From: Eledone cirrhosa | Lineage: Eukaryota | DNA: 64,000 nt | Reading direction: 5' to 3' | NCBI GenBank assembly: GCA_964016885.1 | Contig: OZ024751.1 | Location: 248,001-312,000 of the forward strand | In this document: positions 1 to 12,403 of the stretch, one piece after another | Layout of the letters: every line of letters starts with the position of its first letter | How positions within the stretch are numbered: position 1 is the stretch's first letter | The notes under the pieces: generated by a model | What the model saw: the letters and a program-made list of their open reading frames with translations, nothing else | What the model was told of the DNA's origin: nothing | Databases searched by the model: none | Translations under genes and position numbers: made by a program

Positions 1-1138
1 AGTTTTAGAGTATTAAATGGGCAGAGCCCATTTCCTCTCCAGATCTCGATTTCTTCCAGAGGAGGAGGGAAAAAGAGATATAGAGGAAGAATCGACCAGA
101 TTATTGGACTGGACTGGTACTTTTTCAGCGACTTTGGAAAGATCAATGGCAAAGTTGACCTTGATGGGATTTGAACTCGGAGAACTTGAATAAATACAAC
201 AAAGTATTTATCCAACTCTGCCAATTCACCACCTATAGACACCATGTATGCTTGTGTATACGTCACAGCTCCATTTTAAGTACAACATTTATGTTTTGAA
301 TTGAGAGTTTGCATGTCCAGTAGATAAGTAGTATTGTCATTGAAAAGGTGCAACTTATACACTATATAATGTATATATATATTAAAAATTTTAAGAAAAC
401 GAATGATAGAAAATTATTATTTATTCATACATCTCTACGAACGTTTCTACGTGGCTAGAGTATCACATCCATTTCCAGAGAAACTGGAGATTACCAGTTA
501 ACAATTATCTCCATTATGTGTACTTTATCTCAAATGTATCTTTTCAGGAAATATACAGAACAAAATAACAATTAATACCATAAGACAATACCAAGAAAAT
601 GAGACGATTCAAACAAGTTTATAAATTTATCTGTGCTTTTTTTTTTTTATACAGGAAACAGTATGTTATAACTAGGAATTGGTTACAGCAGGGGTTAAAG
701 ATTTTCTTTATAAAATTAGGGTAGTTTGTTCAGTTATTTATAAGAGAAAAATTTGAAAATATTTTGTAGATTTTCTCGTTGGTTAATGTCCTATGCAAGT
801 ATAGAAGAAATTGTATATATGGAGCTAAAAATATTCTCATATATATATATATATAGCAAATGTATATAATTACTTATTATTTTTCTAATCAGATTCTAAA
901 AATAGAACCAGATTATTATTTATATATGAGAATATTTTTAGCTCCATATATACAATTTTTTCTATACTTACATAGGACATTAACTAACAAGAACATCTAC
1001 TAAATATTTTCAAATGCTCTGCTACCTGAACCACCCTTAATCATCCAGTTTTTTTTGCTCCTGAAGAACAGAGGATGGTAAAATGCATCGAGCTTATCTC
1101 ATCTTACCAATAGTGAAGTATTACACTAACTTCATTCA

Positions 1139-1208
1139 ATGCACACTACACATACTAGCAGAAAAACCACCCTTCGGTGGTTTTTCTGCTAGTATGTGTA
1201 GTGTGCAT
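1139..1208. repeat. Perfect 33-bp stem hairpin with 4-nt loop
   Basis: atgcacactacacatactagcagaaaaaccacc-cttc-ggtggtttttctgctagtatgtgtagtgtgcat. Confidence 0.95.
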
Positions 1209-1324
1209 ATTGATATTATATGCATGTAGATATAGTACGTCAAATAAAATCGTAATTGAGAATATGCACAGAAATTGAAGAGAGACTGTGTTACAGTGTC
1301 TTCTGTGATCAGTAAAGTAATCCA

Positions 1325-1648
1325 TGATACATTTAGAGCATTGGCCTTGCAATCAAAGGTTGTGAGTTCAATTCTCAGACCGGGTGATGTGTTGTTTCCT
1401 TGAGCAAGCCACTTTATTTCACATTGCTCCAGTTTACTCAGCTGTAGAAATGAAATGATAGGGACTGGGGTCCCTATCATTTCACTGCAAAGTGGTCGTG
1501 GAGGTGCCACGGCAAAAAAGCACCCAGCATTCACTGTAAATGAGGTTGGTGTTAGGAAGGGCATCCAGCTGTAGAAATCAAGCCAGAATCAGTTCCCGTC
1601 CCACTCTTGCAAGCAGGGAAAAGTGGACGTAAAATGATGATGATGATT
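1325..1648 (+). mobile_element. tRNA-derived SINE with RTE-type 3' tail
   Basis: B-box-like gagttcaattc; CORE-like ccttgagcaagccacttta; gttaggaagggcatccagctgtagaaa; tail gacgtaaaatgatgatga shared with the RTE at 52095. Confidence 0.75.
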
Positions 1649-1749
1649 TAAAAAAGATATAAACTGCATTACAGTGAAATGTTATGAAAACAAAAAAGGA
1701 GAAAATTAGCGACTAATATGAACCTTATATAACGATGCAAGTATATATA

Positions 1750-1925
1750 ATTGTTTCTACTTTAGGCACAAGGCCAGCAATTACCCAGTACATTACTGGT
1801 ACTTTATTTTATCGACCCCGTAAGGATGAAAGGCAAAGTTAACCTCGGCGGGATTTGAACTCAGACTGTAAAGTGATGTAACTATGCTAGAAAGCATGGC
1901 ATCCAACCCTCTACCATTACTGCCA
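1750..1925 (-). mobile_element. tRNA-derived SINE, second family (Meta/MESC-like central domain; assignment tentative)
   Basis: Minus strand: gagttcaaatcccgccgaggttaactttgcctttcatcc..ggggtcgataaaataaagtaccagt; related copies at about 30-230, 4430-4890, 10820-10890 and 55300-55470. Confidence 0.7.
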
Positions 1926-2176
1926 AGTAATAATATATAAGCGATGTGATATAGCGTCCATTATATTCAAACCGGAAATATTGACATTTGAAAATTTTAA
2001 AAGAAGTGAATCTTGAAATAAGCAATAATATTATGTGTATTTAATCAAGAATTACGAAATTTACTATATAAATTTTGTAATATTCATTCATTATTTATTC
2101 AAAGTAATCCAACTTATTTTACTAACAGGATAAAAAAATATATTCAGGACACAGTCCTGCACTCCTCCCTTTATTA

Positions 2177-3173
2177 TCTCTCTCTATATAAAATTATTTG
2201 TCTCTCTGTCTGTCTGTTTCCTATGCAGCTTCAAACGGCTCGACAAAATCAAATCAAATTTTACAATGTAATAGTATTAGAACTCGGGAGTGTCAACATA
2301 TAATTTTATTTTCATTTGGATGAAAACAATATAACATTTTATCTAAAATAATCTTTCTATAGTCAACTATAGTAAAGGACATTTTATACCACCACCACCA
2401 CGACAATGTCACATTTTGTATATGAGTGTGTATGTGTCTGTGAGTGGGTGTGTTTGCGAGTTCATTACGTACGTTAGGCCTCAGAGAATTAAACACACAC
2501 ACACATCTGCACATACATATAGCCTTAGTAAGTTGCATACACATTATCTTCACACAGAGAATTAAACATACACAGATATACATATTTGATGACTGACAAG
2601 TAATAGGTGCGTGTGAATGTATATCTGTGTGTGTCTGTCTTAGTATGTGTGTGAAAGTGTAGGTGTGCATGAATGTATGTTTGTGTGTGTGAGTGTATGT
2701 GATAATTTTTATTTGGATTAAAACAATAGTAAACAACACAATGACTAGCCATCACATTTTGTCTATGAATGCGTATGTGCCTGTGAGTGTGTGTTTGTGC
2801 GTTCGTTAGGTACGTTATTAAATACACACACACATCTACACATACATATGTGACGACTGACAAAAAAAAAGGAGGTGATAAGCTATGTGTATGTCTGTAT
2901 GTGTATATGAAAGTATGTGTGTGAATATGCAGCAACAATTTATTCATTTGGACACCATAAAAAAATGACACAATGAATATTGTTTACCCTAAGGGGCTTC
3001 AAGATTGACAGATTTTCATTTCTAAATTCTATTATTACAATTTTGATATTTTTAAAATAAAATATAGATATTTTGAAATAATTATGAGAAAAAAAAACAT
3101 ATCTTCATATATATTGTTTACTAATCTGAATATAAAAAACAGTAACCCGGGCAACGCCGGGTAATTCAGCTAG
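2177..3173 (+). mobile_element. Non-autonomous Helitron
   Basis: 5' a|tctctctctatatataaaa; 3' hairpin cccgg-gcaacg-ccggg followed by ctag|t; internal duplicated block. Confidence 0.75.
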
Positions 3174-3621
3174 TATTATGATATATATATAGAGGGTGTT
3201 CAAAAAAATTTTTTAAATAATGTTGAACCAGTTCAGACTGACCCCAATATACAAAGAATTCTGACACTGAGTGTGCAAGTGGCTGCGCATTCTACAGACA
3301 TGTAGGTTTTATTAGAAATATGATCACAAAAGAATTCAATTCTATGTCAGCCTTGTGTTCAAAGGTTTAAAATTACCAACCACACCTATCTCTTGGGTGT
3401 TTTTTGATGGGTTCACATCTGATTAAGGGATTCATACAAACAGGAAAAAAAATAGCAAATTATCAGGGGAGACAACTGGTGCAAAGCTGTATATTACAGA
3501 TAATTAGGATATATATATACACACACACATATATATATAAACATATACACACACATATATATATATCACAGACTAATAACCTCAAGATAAAATCAAAATT
3601 CATCAGTTATATTTGGTTTAA

Positions 3622-3837
3622 CCCTTTAGCATTTACATTAATCTATAGTTACTATAGTATTTTCATGGTAAAGTCTTTACCTCGAGTAATTACCTCACAT
3701 AATATCGAATCTATGAGATTGATATTTATTTTGAAAACAATACATTAACATTAGTATGACTGGCCAGTTACAGCCAATTTGAACAGAAAGAGGTGAAAGA
3801 ATTCCAGCCGGATATAGCTGGTTTAAATGCTCAAGGG
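3622..3837. mobile_element. piggyBac-type MITE
   Basis: TTAA|ccctttagcattta ... taaatgctcaaggg|TTAA. Confidence 0.8.
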
Positions 3838-4204
3838 TTAAAGTAAACAGTGATAATGGAACCAGCTAGAGTAATGTTGTGAAGGCATGATGTTTGGTGG
3901 TTATAGTGTTGGCACTCACAATCATATAGTCATAAGTTAGATTTCCAGATTGTTAAAAATCACAACACATCACACAAAGTACTTCATTCCACAGGGCCTC
4001 TTCGAGTGAGAAAGTCTTGTCCTCTTAGTCACTTAAAGCTGGTGAAACCAGGATAAGCTCTAGTCTTTATGCAAGTATGAAAAAAGGACGTAAAACTATA
4101 ACTATGGCAGTATTTTTTCAATCTTTATTTATCCCATACCCCACTTTGGATCTCATAAAATACATATGCCCTACCATGATCAGATAAAGTTAGTGCATAT
4201 ATAC

Positions 4205-4370
4205 ACACACTGTAAATGTGGTTGGTGTTAGGAAAGGCATCCAGCTGTAGAATTCTAGCCAGAAACAGCTCTGTATGAGCAGGACATGGTCACCTGACCC
4301 AACTTGCCTCAAATGGGACAACCCGTCTAACCCATGCTAGCATGGAAAGTGGACGTTAAACGATGATGAT
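4205..4370 (+). mobile_element. SINE 3' part (same family)
   Basis: gttggtgttaggaaaggcatccagctgtag ... ggacgttaaacgatgatgat. Confidence 0.7.
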
Positions 4371-4589
4371 ATATATATATATATATATATGGACTCATAA
4401 TTCCTGACGGCGTCATTGGGGCACCTTATTGATATCAGCATTTCTTGAGCATTTTAAAACTGGCAGAGCCCATCTCTCCAGATCTGAATACAGCTCATTT
4501 CTTCCAGAGAAGAATAAAGAGTAAGAGATATAGAGGAAGAATCGACCCAGTACCAGACTGGTACTTTTTTTTTTATCAACCTTGAAAGG

Positions 4590-4785
4590 GTAACAAAGTG
4601 CCAAGAAATGCCAGTAGAAGGAAGACCATGAAAAACATGGGTGAAGGTGGTGAGAGCAGATCTCAGATTGCTGAAGCTCACGGAGGAGATGACAAAGGAC
4701 CATGACAAGTGGAGAGATGCTGTGCTGAATAAGACCCGTCCCACCCTTGCAAGCAGGGAAAAGCAGACGTAAAATGATGATGATG
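4590..4785 (+). mobile_element. Short 3' fragment of the RTE family at 52095, nested inside a SINE
   Basis: Matches 52857-53065; flanked by tgaaagg on both sides (likely TSD); splits the SINE at 4430-4890. Confidence 0.75.
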
Positions 4786-5025
4786 AAAGGATGAAAAATA
4801 AAGTTGACCTGAGCAGGATTTGAACAGAGAGCAGAAATCTGGAGTGAATACCTCAAAGCATTCTATCTAACATTCTAACAACTCTGTCAATTAATTTCCT
4901 TGAGTTAGCATATAGTGCAGTATATACACCTCATTTTGAAGTTCCACATCCCATCTTAAGAAACAACTCTAGTGATGGTAATCTAACTGTGAAAACAAAT
5001 TACAATAGAAGCAATCTTTCCTTAA

Positions 5026-5229
5026 CCCTTTAGCATTTAAACTAGCTGTATCCAGCCAGAATTCTCTCACCTCTTTCGGTTCAAACTGGCCCCTCAAGAT
5101 GTTAAGGTATTGTTCTCAAAATAATATCGAATCTATGAGATTTTGAGATTATGTGAAATAATTATGTGAGATAATGCCTTTACCGTGAAAACATAACAGT
5201 AAATATTGAGTAATGTAAATACTAAAGGG
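5026..5229. mobile_element. piggyBac-type MITE, same family in opposite orientation
   Basis: TTAA|ccctttagcattta ... taaatactaaaggg|TTAA; interior is similar to the reverse complement of 3622-3837. Confidence 0.8.
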
Positions 5230-5659
5230 TTAAACTTTTTGTCCTACTTTCACATGATTTATTTCTCCATTGAGTACAGAGTTGCTTCACCTCCTTAACA
5301 CACTGATCTATATATATATGAGGGGTGATGGGTTAGAGACCTCAATAGACAACTTTCAGTAGATTCTATCAGAAACAAATTTCTTCAACTGATCCGGCTT
5401 CTTCCTTTTAATAAAAAACAATAAAAATAACAAAAATATCTTCTAACAACAGTTTTTTAAAAAATAGTCCTGAAGTCTAGTTTCTTTTTACTGTTCTTTA
5501 TTTTTTGTTTTTACTTTTTATTTGATGGAAAAATAAATATTGCAGTTTCTGAGAAAAAATATAACAGAGAGGCTTGAAAGAGGGCAATGATAGACATACA
5601 GAAGAAAAAAACATTAAATAAATATACACACACATAATATACATATATTTATATATATA

Positions 5660-5691
<32 letters not shown>

Positions 5692-5825
5692 CATATATAT
5701 ACATACATACATATATATACATACATACATATATATACATACATACATATATATACATACATACATACATATATATATATACATACATATATATATATAC
5801 ATACATATATATATATACATACATA

Positions 5826-5978
5826 TGTAAATGTGGTTGGTGTTAGGAAGGGCATCCAGCTGTAGAAAACCCGCCAGACAGTCCTATGCGAGCAAGACAA
5901 CCACTCTTGCCTCAAGTGGGAAAACTCCCGTCCAAACCCATGCAAGCGTGGAACATGGACGTTAAACGATGATGATGA
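5826..5978 (+). mobile_element. SINE 3' part (same family)
   Basis: Same conserved motif and (GAT)n tail. Confidence 0.7.
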
Positions 5979-6563
5979 TATATATATACATATACATACT
6001 CACACATATACATACATATACACACACATACATACATATACACACACATACATACATAAACACATACAATTATATAATATATATACACATATATATATAA
6101 TATATAAATACATATATATATACAATTATATAATATATATACATATATATATATACAATTATATAATACAGAAATATATACATACATATACCATCATCAC
6201 TGTTTAACGTTCATTTTTCCATGTTTATACATACATACATACATATATATATATACACATACACACACACATATGCTTTTATACACATATATGCATATAT
6301 ACATATATTCCATTCATGTTGTATGGTTTGCCAATGGGTGGAACTGGTTATTCCAGTTAGTAAACCCTAAATACAATTAAAGCACTCAACGTTATGCAAA
6401 CCATCCATCGTTGATGTGGTATCCCAAGGTTGGTGCAGGAACGGGGTTAAATATTCATTTAAAAATAACAGAAAGCCCAACTGGAAATCTTTAAATTTTG
6501 GAAAATTAAAACATTAAAACTTTAAAGAATATTTCCCATCCAGTCAACTTTATTTTTAAATGT

Positions 6564-6644
<81 letters not shown>

Positions 6645-6708
6645 CATACATATATATATATATATATATACATATTTACATGCATATATATATATACATT
6701 TATATATA

Positions 6709-6939
6709 CATGGTGTCTCAAAAAATATATACACATTTCAACAAAAAAAAAAAAAAAAAAAAATCCATTAACATAAATTCTGTTTTATATGCATTATTTA
6801 AATTATGTAAACAGTTTTGGGTGTTTACATACAATTGAATTGTCTGTAGATCATTTTATTTTGGGGAAAGGCTGTGCATTCTAATAAATATTGCCTGTAG
6901 AGGTAATCAAAGTGTATATACATTTTTTGGGACACCCTG
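6709..6939. mobile_element. Tc1/mariner-type MITE
   Basis: Imperfect TIRs ca(t/g)ggtgtc(t/c)caaaaaat(a/g)tata, in TA context. Confidence 0.7.
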
Positions 6940-7017
6940 CATATATATATATATAGATATATATATATATATATATATAATAAAGTAAAGTATTTTTTAA
7001 ATATCCCACACGGATAA

Positions 7018-7395
7018 AAATATAAGGAAAAGAAATTGAAAATGCAACTGGAGTCTTTTAAGAACATTTATTTACTTTACTTTTTTCACAGTTCTTATGA
7101 TTTTCAAATGTAAAATTGAGATGGATGATTTGTGTTTCTGTTGTGGTTTGTCTCACATCAGATTTGAGACAAACCACAACAGAAACACAAATCATGTCTC
7201 TCATCAGGTGTGAGACAAACCACAACAGAAACACAAATCATGTCTCTCATCTGATGTGAGACAAACCACAACAGAAACACAAATCATCCATCTCAATTTT
7301 ACATTTGAAAATCATAAGAACTGAGAAAAAAGTAAAGTAAATAAATATTCTTAAAAGACTCCAGTTGCATTTTCAATTTCTTTCCCTTATATATA
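7018..7395. repeat. Foldback: ~145-bp inverted arms with internal ~47-bp tandem units
   Basis: 7018-7160 is near-reverse-complement of 7250-7395; tgagacaaaccacaacagaaacacaaatcat occurs three times. Confidence 0.9.
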
Positions 7396-7541
7396 CCCTG
7401 TATGCACACTCTTTTGTGTGATTGCAACAAATGTTTATGAGAAAATATCATAACTGTCTGTTATTTGAATATCCATTAGAGTTATCTACTAAACTCTTAT
7501 GATATTCAGAAAGTACTGGAAGATGGTGCTTGATAAAGGAC

Positions 7542-7599
7542 AGTGAAGGGTTCTGTTGAGTTTTATTGTTAGAGTGAAGGGTTCTGTTGAGTTTTATTG
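7542..7599 (-). promoter_or_regulatory. Duplicated 27-bp unit, each copy carrying an AATAAA (candidate MFSD5 poly(A) signals)
   Basis: agtgaagggttctgttgagttttattg at 7542-7568 and 7573-7599; tttatt is AATAAA on the gene strand, about 85-120 nt after the stop. Confidence 0.45.
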
Positions 7600-7682
7600 A
7601 CAATAGGCAAATGATTTGGCTTAAAGATGTAAAAAATAAAGATTAAATATAATTAAGATATAAAACTGGATGGATTTAATAA

Positions 7683-9035
7683 TTAAAATATATTGTGTAT
7701 ATGTTCAGTCTCTGCTATTAATAAGGTCTCTTGTAGCATATCTTCATCTTTAGCAATTTTCACAAAGCGTACACTACAAACGAGGGCAAGGGCTTGCAGA
7801 CCAACACAGACTACAAAGATCATTCTGTTGCCATGTTGGAAGACATCTTCATGTAGCAGGAGAAGCACAATACATGAAATAAGATTGAGAGGTATACGGA
7901 ACCAGTTCATGATGTTAGTTCTATGGCTCTCTGGAATAATGTTATTGCGGAGAAATCCCATAGCAGGGAAATATAGGCCAACCCCAACTTCAAATATGAG
8001 GAAAGACGTGAAAGATAAAGCAGTGTTGGGGTGGGTAGGATTGGTTGATATCACACATAAAATGTTGGCAAATAATGCTATAATTACAGAACTAAGAAGC
8101 AGATTTGTCACAGGAACATTCTTTGAGGATGCAATCTGATACAGACCTGACCCTATCAAAATGCATATCATGAAACTGGAGAAGACAATACCTAGGGAGA
8201 ATTTCTCCCTATCTAAAATTGGAGTCCACAGAAAGATGATGATATAGATAACACTTTCATATGAGGATTCAATGGCCCCAATCAGGAAAACCTTTTCACG
8301 AGTCAGAGTTTTCTTCAGACCTTCAAAGCAAAGTTTCTGAAAATTTACTTTATGTCCACTGTAGTTTTCATTCCAGTGAGTCGACATCATGACGCCAGCA
8401 AAAATAAGAAACGGAATGGCCAATATGTAAGGTGCAACTGGTCCAAGGCCAAACCATTCGGAGAAAATATTTGCAGTTAATCCAGCTAAAATAGCCAACA
8501 CTCCATTCCAAAATGACGCTTTAGTAAAAGTAACAGCTATCCATTCTTTAGGGAAGTCATGAGTTTCTGTGTGTTCGTGAATGTACCACGCCTCAAATGC
8601 AGAAAACAAAACTGAGGTTGCAACGCCGCCAATCAAACGACCCAAAAGCAACACGCCATAGTTGCGAGACAGTTTCATCAAACATGATACAGAATATAGA
8701 ATTGTAAAGAGAATGCACAACTTTTTACGACCGAACTGATCGGCAGCAAGAGGAATCCATGTTCCAAGAAGGACTGTTGACGCAAAACCAAAGACATAGA
8801 GTACAGCAATTTGTTCCTCTTGGAATCCATAGTAGTTGTAAAGTTTATAGAGGTATGGGCCTTGAAGCCAGTCGGCAAACATTGCTGCAAGATATGCAGA
8901 AAAATAACCTCGCTGGAACTTCAAGAATTGGGGATTGTTGCCCATTAAGATATCCTTTTTAAGACGGTAGACTATCATTTGTAAGAGACTGGCCAAAATG
9001 GCCAGAACCAGGAACACAGCATATAATACAACCAT
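7683..9035 (-). CDS. MFSD5: Molybdate-anion transporter / major facilitator superfamily domain-containing protein 5 (450 aa, single coding exon)
   Basis: Uninterrupted hydrophobic 450-aa ORF with family motifs ADWLQGPYLYKLY, LGRLIGGVATSVLFSAFEAWY, ESSYESVIYIIIFLWTP and MNWFRIPLN; good Kozak context (caccATGG). Confidence 0.95.
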   Translation of the reverse strand: MVVLYAVFLVLAILASLLQMIVYRLKKDILMGNNPQFLKFQRGYFSAYLAAMFADWLQGPYLYKLYNYYGFQEEQIAVLYVFGFASTVLLGTWIPLAADQFGRKKLCILFTILYSVSCLMKLSRNYGVLLLGRLIGGVATSVLFSAFEAWYIHEHTETHDFPKEWIAVTFTKASFWNGVLAILAGLTANIFSEWFGLGPVAPYILAIPFLIFAGVMMSTHWNENYSGHKVNFQKLCFEGLKKTLTREKVFLIGAIESSYESVIYIIIFLWTPILDREKFSLGIVFSSFMICILIGSGLYQIASSKNVPVTNLLLSSVIIALFANILCVISTNPTHPNTALSFTSFLIFEVGVGLYFPAMGFLRNNIIPESHRTNIMNWFRIPLNLISCIVLLLLHEDVFQHGNRMIFVVCVGLQALALVCSVRFVKIAKDEDMLQETLLIAETEHIHNIF

Positions 9036-9092
9036 GGTGACAACAGCTAGGTGAAATAACTGGAAATAATTCCACAGTTCTCTGACACCTCA

Positions 9093-9122
9093 ACTGTAAA
9101 AAATAAAAAAAACAAAAAAGAA
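9093..9122 (-). other. Probable splice acceptor of an MFSD5 5'-UTR intron
   Basis: Minus strand reads cttttttgttttttttattttttacag|ttgagg, about 58 nt upstream of the ATG. Confidence 0.7.
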
Positions 9123-9149
9123 GTTAACAGATGGCTGTTATCACATATA

Positions 9150-9185
<36 letters not shown>

Positions 9186-9257
9186 ATGAACAAACAAAGT
9201 ACAGGAGGCAATTGTACACAGTTATATTAGGTTCATGCTTGGTGGAAGTAGAGGAGG

Positions 9258-9293
9258 TTTCGACGTTTCGGACAGAAATCTTTCGTCAGGAAA
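9258..9293 (-). ncRNA. Minimal Penelope-type hammerhead ribozyme
   Basis: tttc-CTGACGA-aagatttctgtcc-GAAA-cg-TC-gaaa; stem II is weakened. Confidence 0.72.
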
Positions 9294-9319
9294 GTTCGGA
9301 TAGGGGGAGAACAGAAACT

Positions 9320-9364
<45 letters not shown>

Positions 9365-9385
9365 TATAAATCAAACTAATAGGTA

Positions 9386-9610
9386 GCTCGCCTAATAGAA
9401 GTAATTGGCGAATCTTGCGAGGGCGCTTGGTTGTTCCAGCGCATCAGCCTGACCATCACCGGAGGCAACACTGCGAGCGTGCTGGCTTGCCTCAAAAATC
9501 ATTAGAGAGGTTTCCCAGTACTCCTCGCGACGCTGTTGTCTTGCTCTGGTGTTGGCTCGGTTGTCCACCCTTTCCTTTATATTTTCTTTAATATTGCAAC
9601 ATTAAAGGAA
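9386..9610 (+). mobile_element. CRE-like element extreme 3' fragment
   Basis: ARLIEVIGESCEGAWLFQRISLTITGGNTASVLACLKNH*, homologous to the 47230 fragment. Confidence 0.7.
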
Positions 9611-11162
9611 TATATCTTATAATGTAATTTAAGCATTTGTAATATATACAGGGAAAAGAACAATATATCTTATGATAACACACAGTATTTTGTATATATA
9701 CAAAGCACATATATCAAGGAAGAATATGTACTTCCCTATACCTACATATATCTATTAATTTGAATTACTGTTACTCTGGACAAATGTCTATAGAGCTTTT
9801 CAATTGAGAACACAAATAGACATAATTGATAAGGTTTGATACCTTAATTTTATACATACATAGAGAGGGAGTGTAAGAAGAGGGAAGGAATTAGATTCGT
9901 AATGAATAAAATGGTAAATTATATTCTAAAAAGAATGTTATTCTTTCCGTATTTGTACGTTATGTTCCAAATTCAACACGTTTATTTTGGATTCGGTATT
10001 AAAATATGTTTAGTTTTGACACCAAGATATAAACGATATATATATATATGAAGTTAACAGCATTTGTGAAAGTTTTAATAACTAAAATGTGACTCTTCTT
10101 CGCTGTTATTTCAACACGACCAGAGACGTACAACTATGAAATTATTTAATTTCATTATTTAGTTAATCTAACGAAAGATGAGATTTTCACACGCACAAAA
10201 CAATTGAAAATTAAATTTCAACTGTCAAATATATAGAAATACGACGGGTTATTTTTTTCCATATCTTCCAGTTTATCTGGCGACGAATAAACAAGTAATT
10301 CTTTCTAATGAATATTAAAACATATAAATAATGTAAAAATTAAAATGTGTTTTGTAAAGTATATTTTGTAATTTACATGGCTAAAATTAATTTTTTTTAA
10401 TTAACACAAAGTATGTTGTATAATTTCTATTAATGAAAAAAGTAATTTTTTTGCGTATTGGAATTAACAAAATGAATCCGAAACTAACGTATTCAATCTG
10501 AAACCAACATATCGAATCTTAATTAACGTACAAGTATAAATAATTAGAATTCTCTTAACAAAAACAACTTATGTGAATAACGAGGTTAGGAAGGTGAGGG
10601 GAAGTTGAAAGTGTTGGTTAGATGTGAAAACATTATGAAATATTATTGTTTAAACAGTGTAGAAGCGTGACGTGGCAACGCACATACAAAGGAAAGAGGG
10701 CTGCGGTTTTCACTCAAATAGGTAAGAAAGAGAGAAAACATGTGGTGACACGAACTTAAAGAAATAGCAGCCAAATATATCTCCCTCAAATCACACGTTT
10801 AAAACGTACACATTACATAATTGTTTCTACTATTGGCACAAGGCCAGCAAATACCCAGTACATTACTGGTACTTTATTTTATCGACCCCATTACATAATA
10901 TAAGTTCGCTATGCTTGAACAACAAGAATAAAGGTGGGTTAGTCGGTGATTATAAAAAGAATTTTCTTTTTAACATAAGGCAAGATGCTTAATATGACAG
11001 ATGCAGGCCTAGGTTACCCAGTATGCAAAATAAGCGCATTTTTAGGGCATCTAGAAAAAGAAGGGCACCTCTGTATTCAATTTAAATGCATTATAGATTC
11101 CAGTATATATATATTATTCAAAATGTTAATAAATGAAAAATATTCTCATAATCAAAATATAT

Positions 11163-11222
11163 ATTTTATTATACATATTTCAAAGGTACAATGGTGTTTA
11201 AGTACGTTTTCATCAGACAAAT
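11163..11222 (-). ncRNA. Minimal type-I hammerhead ribozyme (same family)
   Basis: tttgt-CTGATGA-aaacgtac..gtaccttt-GAAA-tatgta-TA-ataaa. Confidence 0.78.
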
Positions 11223-11282
11223 TATATGATTTGATATGTGACATATCGCTACAGTTTTGAGTACTCAATTCCAGTATTGGCA

Positions 11283-11324
<42 letters not shown>

Positions 11325-11577
11325 TACATATACATACATACATACATACATATACATACATACATATACATACATATACATACATACATACATACACATA
11401 CATACATATACATACATACATACATATACATACATACATACACATACATACATATATATATATATATACATACATATACATACATATATACACATACATA
11501 TATATACAGACATACATACATATACATACATACATACATATACATACATAGATATACATACATAGATATACATACAT

Positions 11578-11661
<84 letters not shown>

Positions 11662-11693
11662 GCATATATATATACATACATATATATATACAT

Positions 11694-12127
11694 ATGGTGG
11701 CTGCCAACTCATTTTCGAGTACGGCCACTACTTTATATCCATGTAGGAGAACCCCTACCGATGCGCTGAACGAATGTGACTTTTTAGTCCAGCCAGCGAC
11801 TTGAAAACTCTGGTACAAACACTACACTTGTGACAATTATTGACACATAGTGCTGGGCCCATGGTACAATGTGATGACAAGTGCAGAGAGATCTCCAGAT
11901 ATAAAGCAATGCCTGTGCCATGAAGCTTTTATAGTGAGCAAAGGCACTGCACAAAGCCAGTCCCACTCTCTTAACCAAGATGATATTTACCAAAAAGAAG
12001 AACAAGTCAACATCATTGGATACCATCAGGGTTGCAGGTGTTATATTAGAGTTTTCCTTCTAGAATTCTGCCTTGACAAAGGCTAAGGGGTCATCTCTCC
12101 CGGGGCTAAGGGGTCATCTCTCCCGGA
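11694..12127 (-). mobile_element. Bipartite RTE-derived non-autonomous retroposon ('R element') copy 1, 5'-truncated
   Basis: Highly similar to copies at 16186, 19707, 25260 and 62185; common 3' end gagttggcagccaccat followed by microsatellite; short duplication at the truncation point. Confidence 0.85.
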
Positions 12128-12403
12128 TATATATGTATATATGTATATATATGTATATGTATACATACATATATATATATACATACATATATATATACAT
12201 ACATACATACATACATATATATACATACATACATACATATATATACATACATACATACATATATGTATATACATACATATATATATATATATACATACAT
12301 ATATATATATACATACATATATATATATACATACATATATATATATACATACATATATACATATACATATATATATATACATATATATATATACATACAT
12401 ATA

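Noticed and set aside
3598-3610. CTGATGA on the minus strand
   Set aside because: No stem II or GAAA at suitable spacing.
10660-10730. Possible first exon of a divergent gene (tgacgtgg motif, ag|gtaaga donor)
   Set aside because: No downstream exons identifiable, and the adjacent sequence is repeat-like.
11784-12086. Recurrent ~80-aa ORFs (MVSNDVD..., MLGPW...) in R copies
   Set aside because: Recurrence reflects recent copy identity; no recognisable domain, and the informative frame is the zinc-finger remnant.
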